Part shown: piece after piece, positions 63,803 to 64,000 of the stretch | Numbering within the stretch: position 1 is the first letter of the stretch | Layout: the number at the start of each line of letters is the position of its first letter | Source of the DNA: Takakia lepidozioides | Taxonomy: Eukaryota; Plantae; Bryophyta | DNA length: 64,000 nt | Reading direction: 5' to 3' | NCBI GenBank assembly: GCA_030704615.1 | Contig: CM060734.1 | Coordinates: 310,001-374,000, forward strand | Notes under the pieces: generated by a model | What the model saw: the letters and a program-made list of their open reading frames with translations, nothing else | Databases searched by the model: none | Told to the model about the DNA's origin: nothing | Made by a program: the position numbers and the translations under genes

Positions 63803-64000
63803 GGCTTAAAATAAATTTAAATTGTGGAATGGCTTGAGGGGGGGAGCGCGTCGATGGGGAGGCAAATGATATATTAGTCTGTTGTGTCTCCGCACATGTT
63901 CAAGCACATGCAGGCAAAAGAGGGGTTTCAACCACATCCGTTCAATGGGTGCAATAGCCGTGCATGCATTGCAGGATTTCTTTTTCGCATTGAACAAAAA
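63803..64000 (-). repeat. Further copy of the 12849-13685 repeat, spanning the 416-bp unit junction; runs off the window
   Basis: Reverse complement of ~13176-13385 with a ~14-bp deletion between ACATGTG repeats. Confidence 0.92.

Overview
Eukaryotic DNA, almost certainly land plant (GT-AG introns, CACTA/Mutator/LINE content; a bryophyte or fern-like origin is my guess, not proven). The window is a nest of transposable elements with no intact host gene and no rRNA, tRNA or true CRISPR array. In order: (1) a decayed CACTA/EnSpm element (~1.4-8.5 kb) with TNP2, Ptta-like and Transposase_23/DUF8039-like remnants; (2) a captured SEN1/Upf1-type helicase fragment next to a Sola-like transposase exon; (3) a ~13-kb giant inverted repeat (13416-26542), each arm carrying a disabled RING-H2 ORF and an array of GC hairpins; (4) unclassified head-to-tail repeats, a MITE with a 4-bp TSD, a divergent SET-domain pseudogene, a 5'-truncated RNase H + RLE (Dualen/RandI-like) LINE and a TTAA-flanked piggyBac-like element; (5) the highlight, a structurally complete ~13.7-kb Mutator-like element (44997-58658; TIRs and a 10-bp TSD). 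It encodes a DDE/SWIM transposase on the minus strand and, divergently, a spliced gene fusing a ParB/Srx-like domain (DGNHR) to a beta-class N6A/N4C DNA-methyltransferase-like domain, and it carries three arrays of a GGCGCC-centred palindrome; (6) a decayed relative of that MULE interrupted by a second copy of the MITE. All family assignments come from motif recognition by eye; no searches were run.
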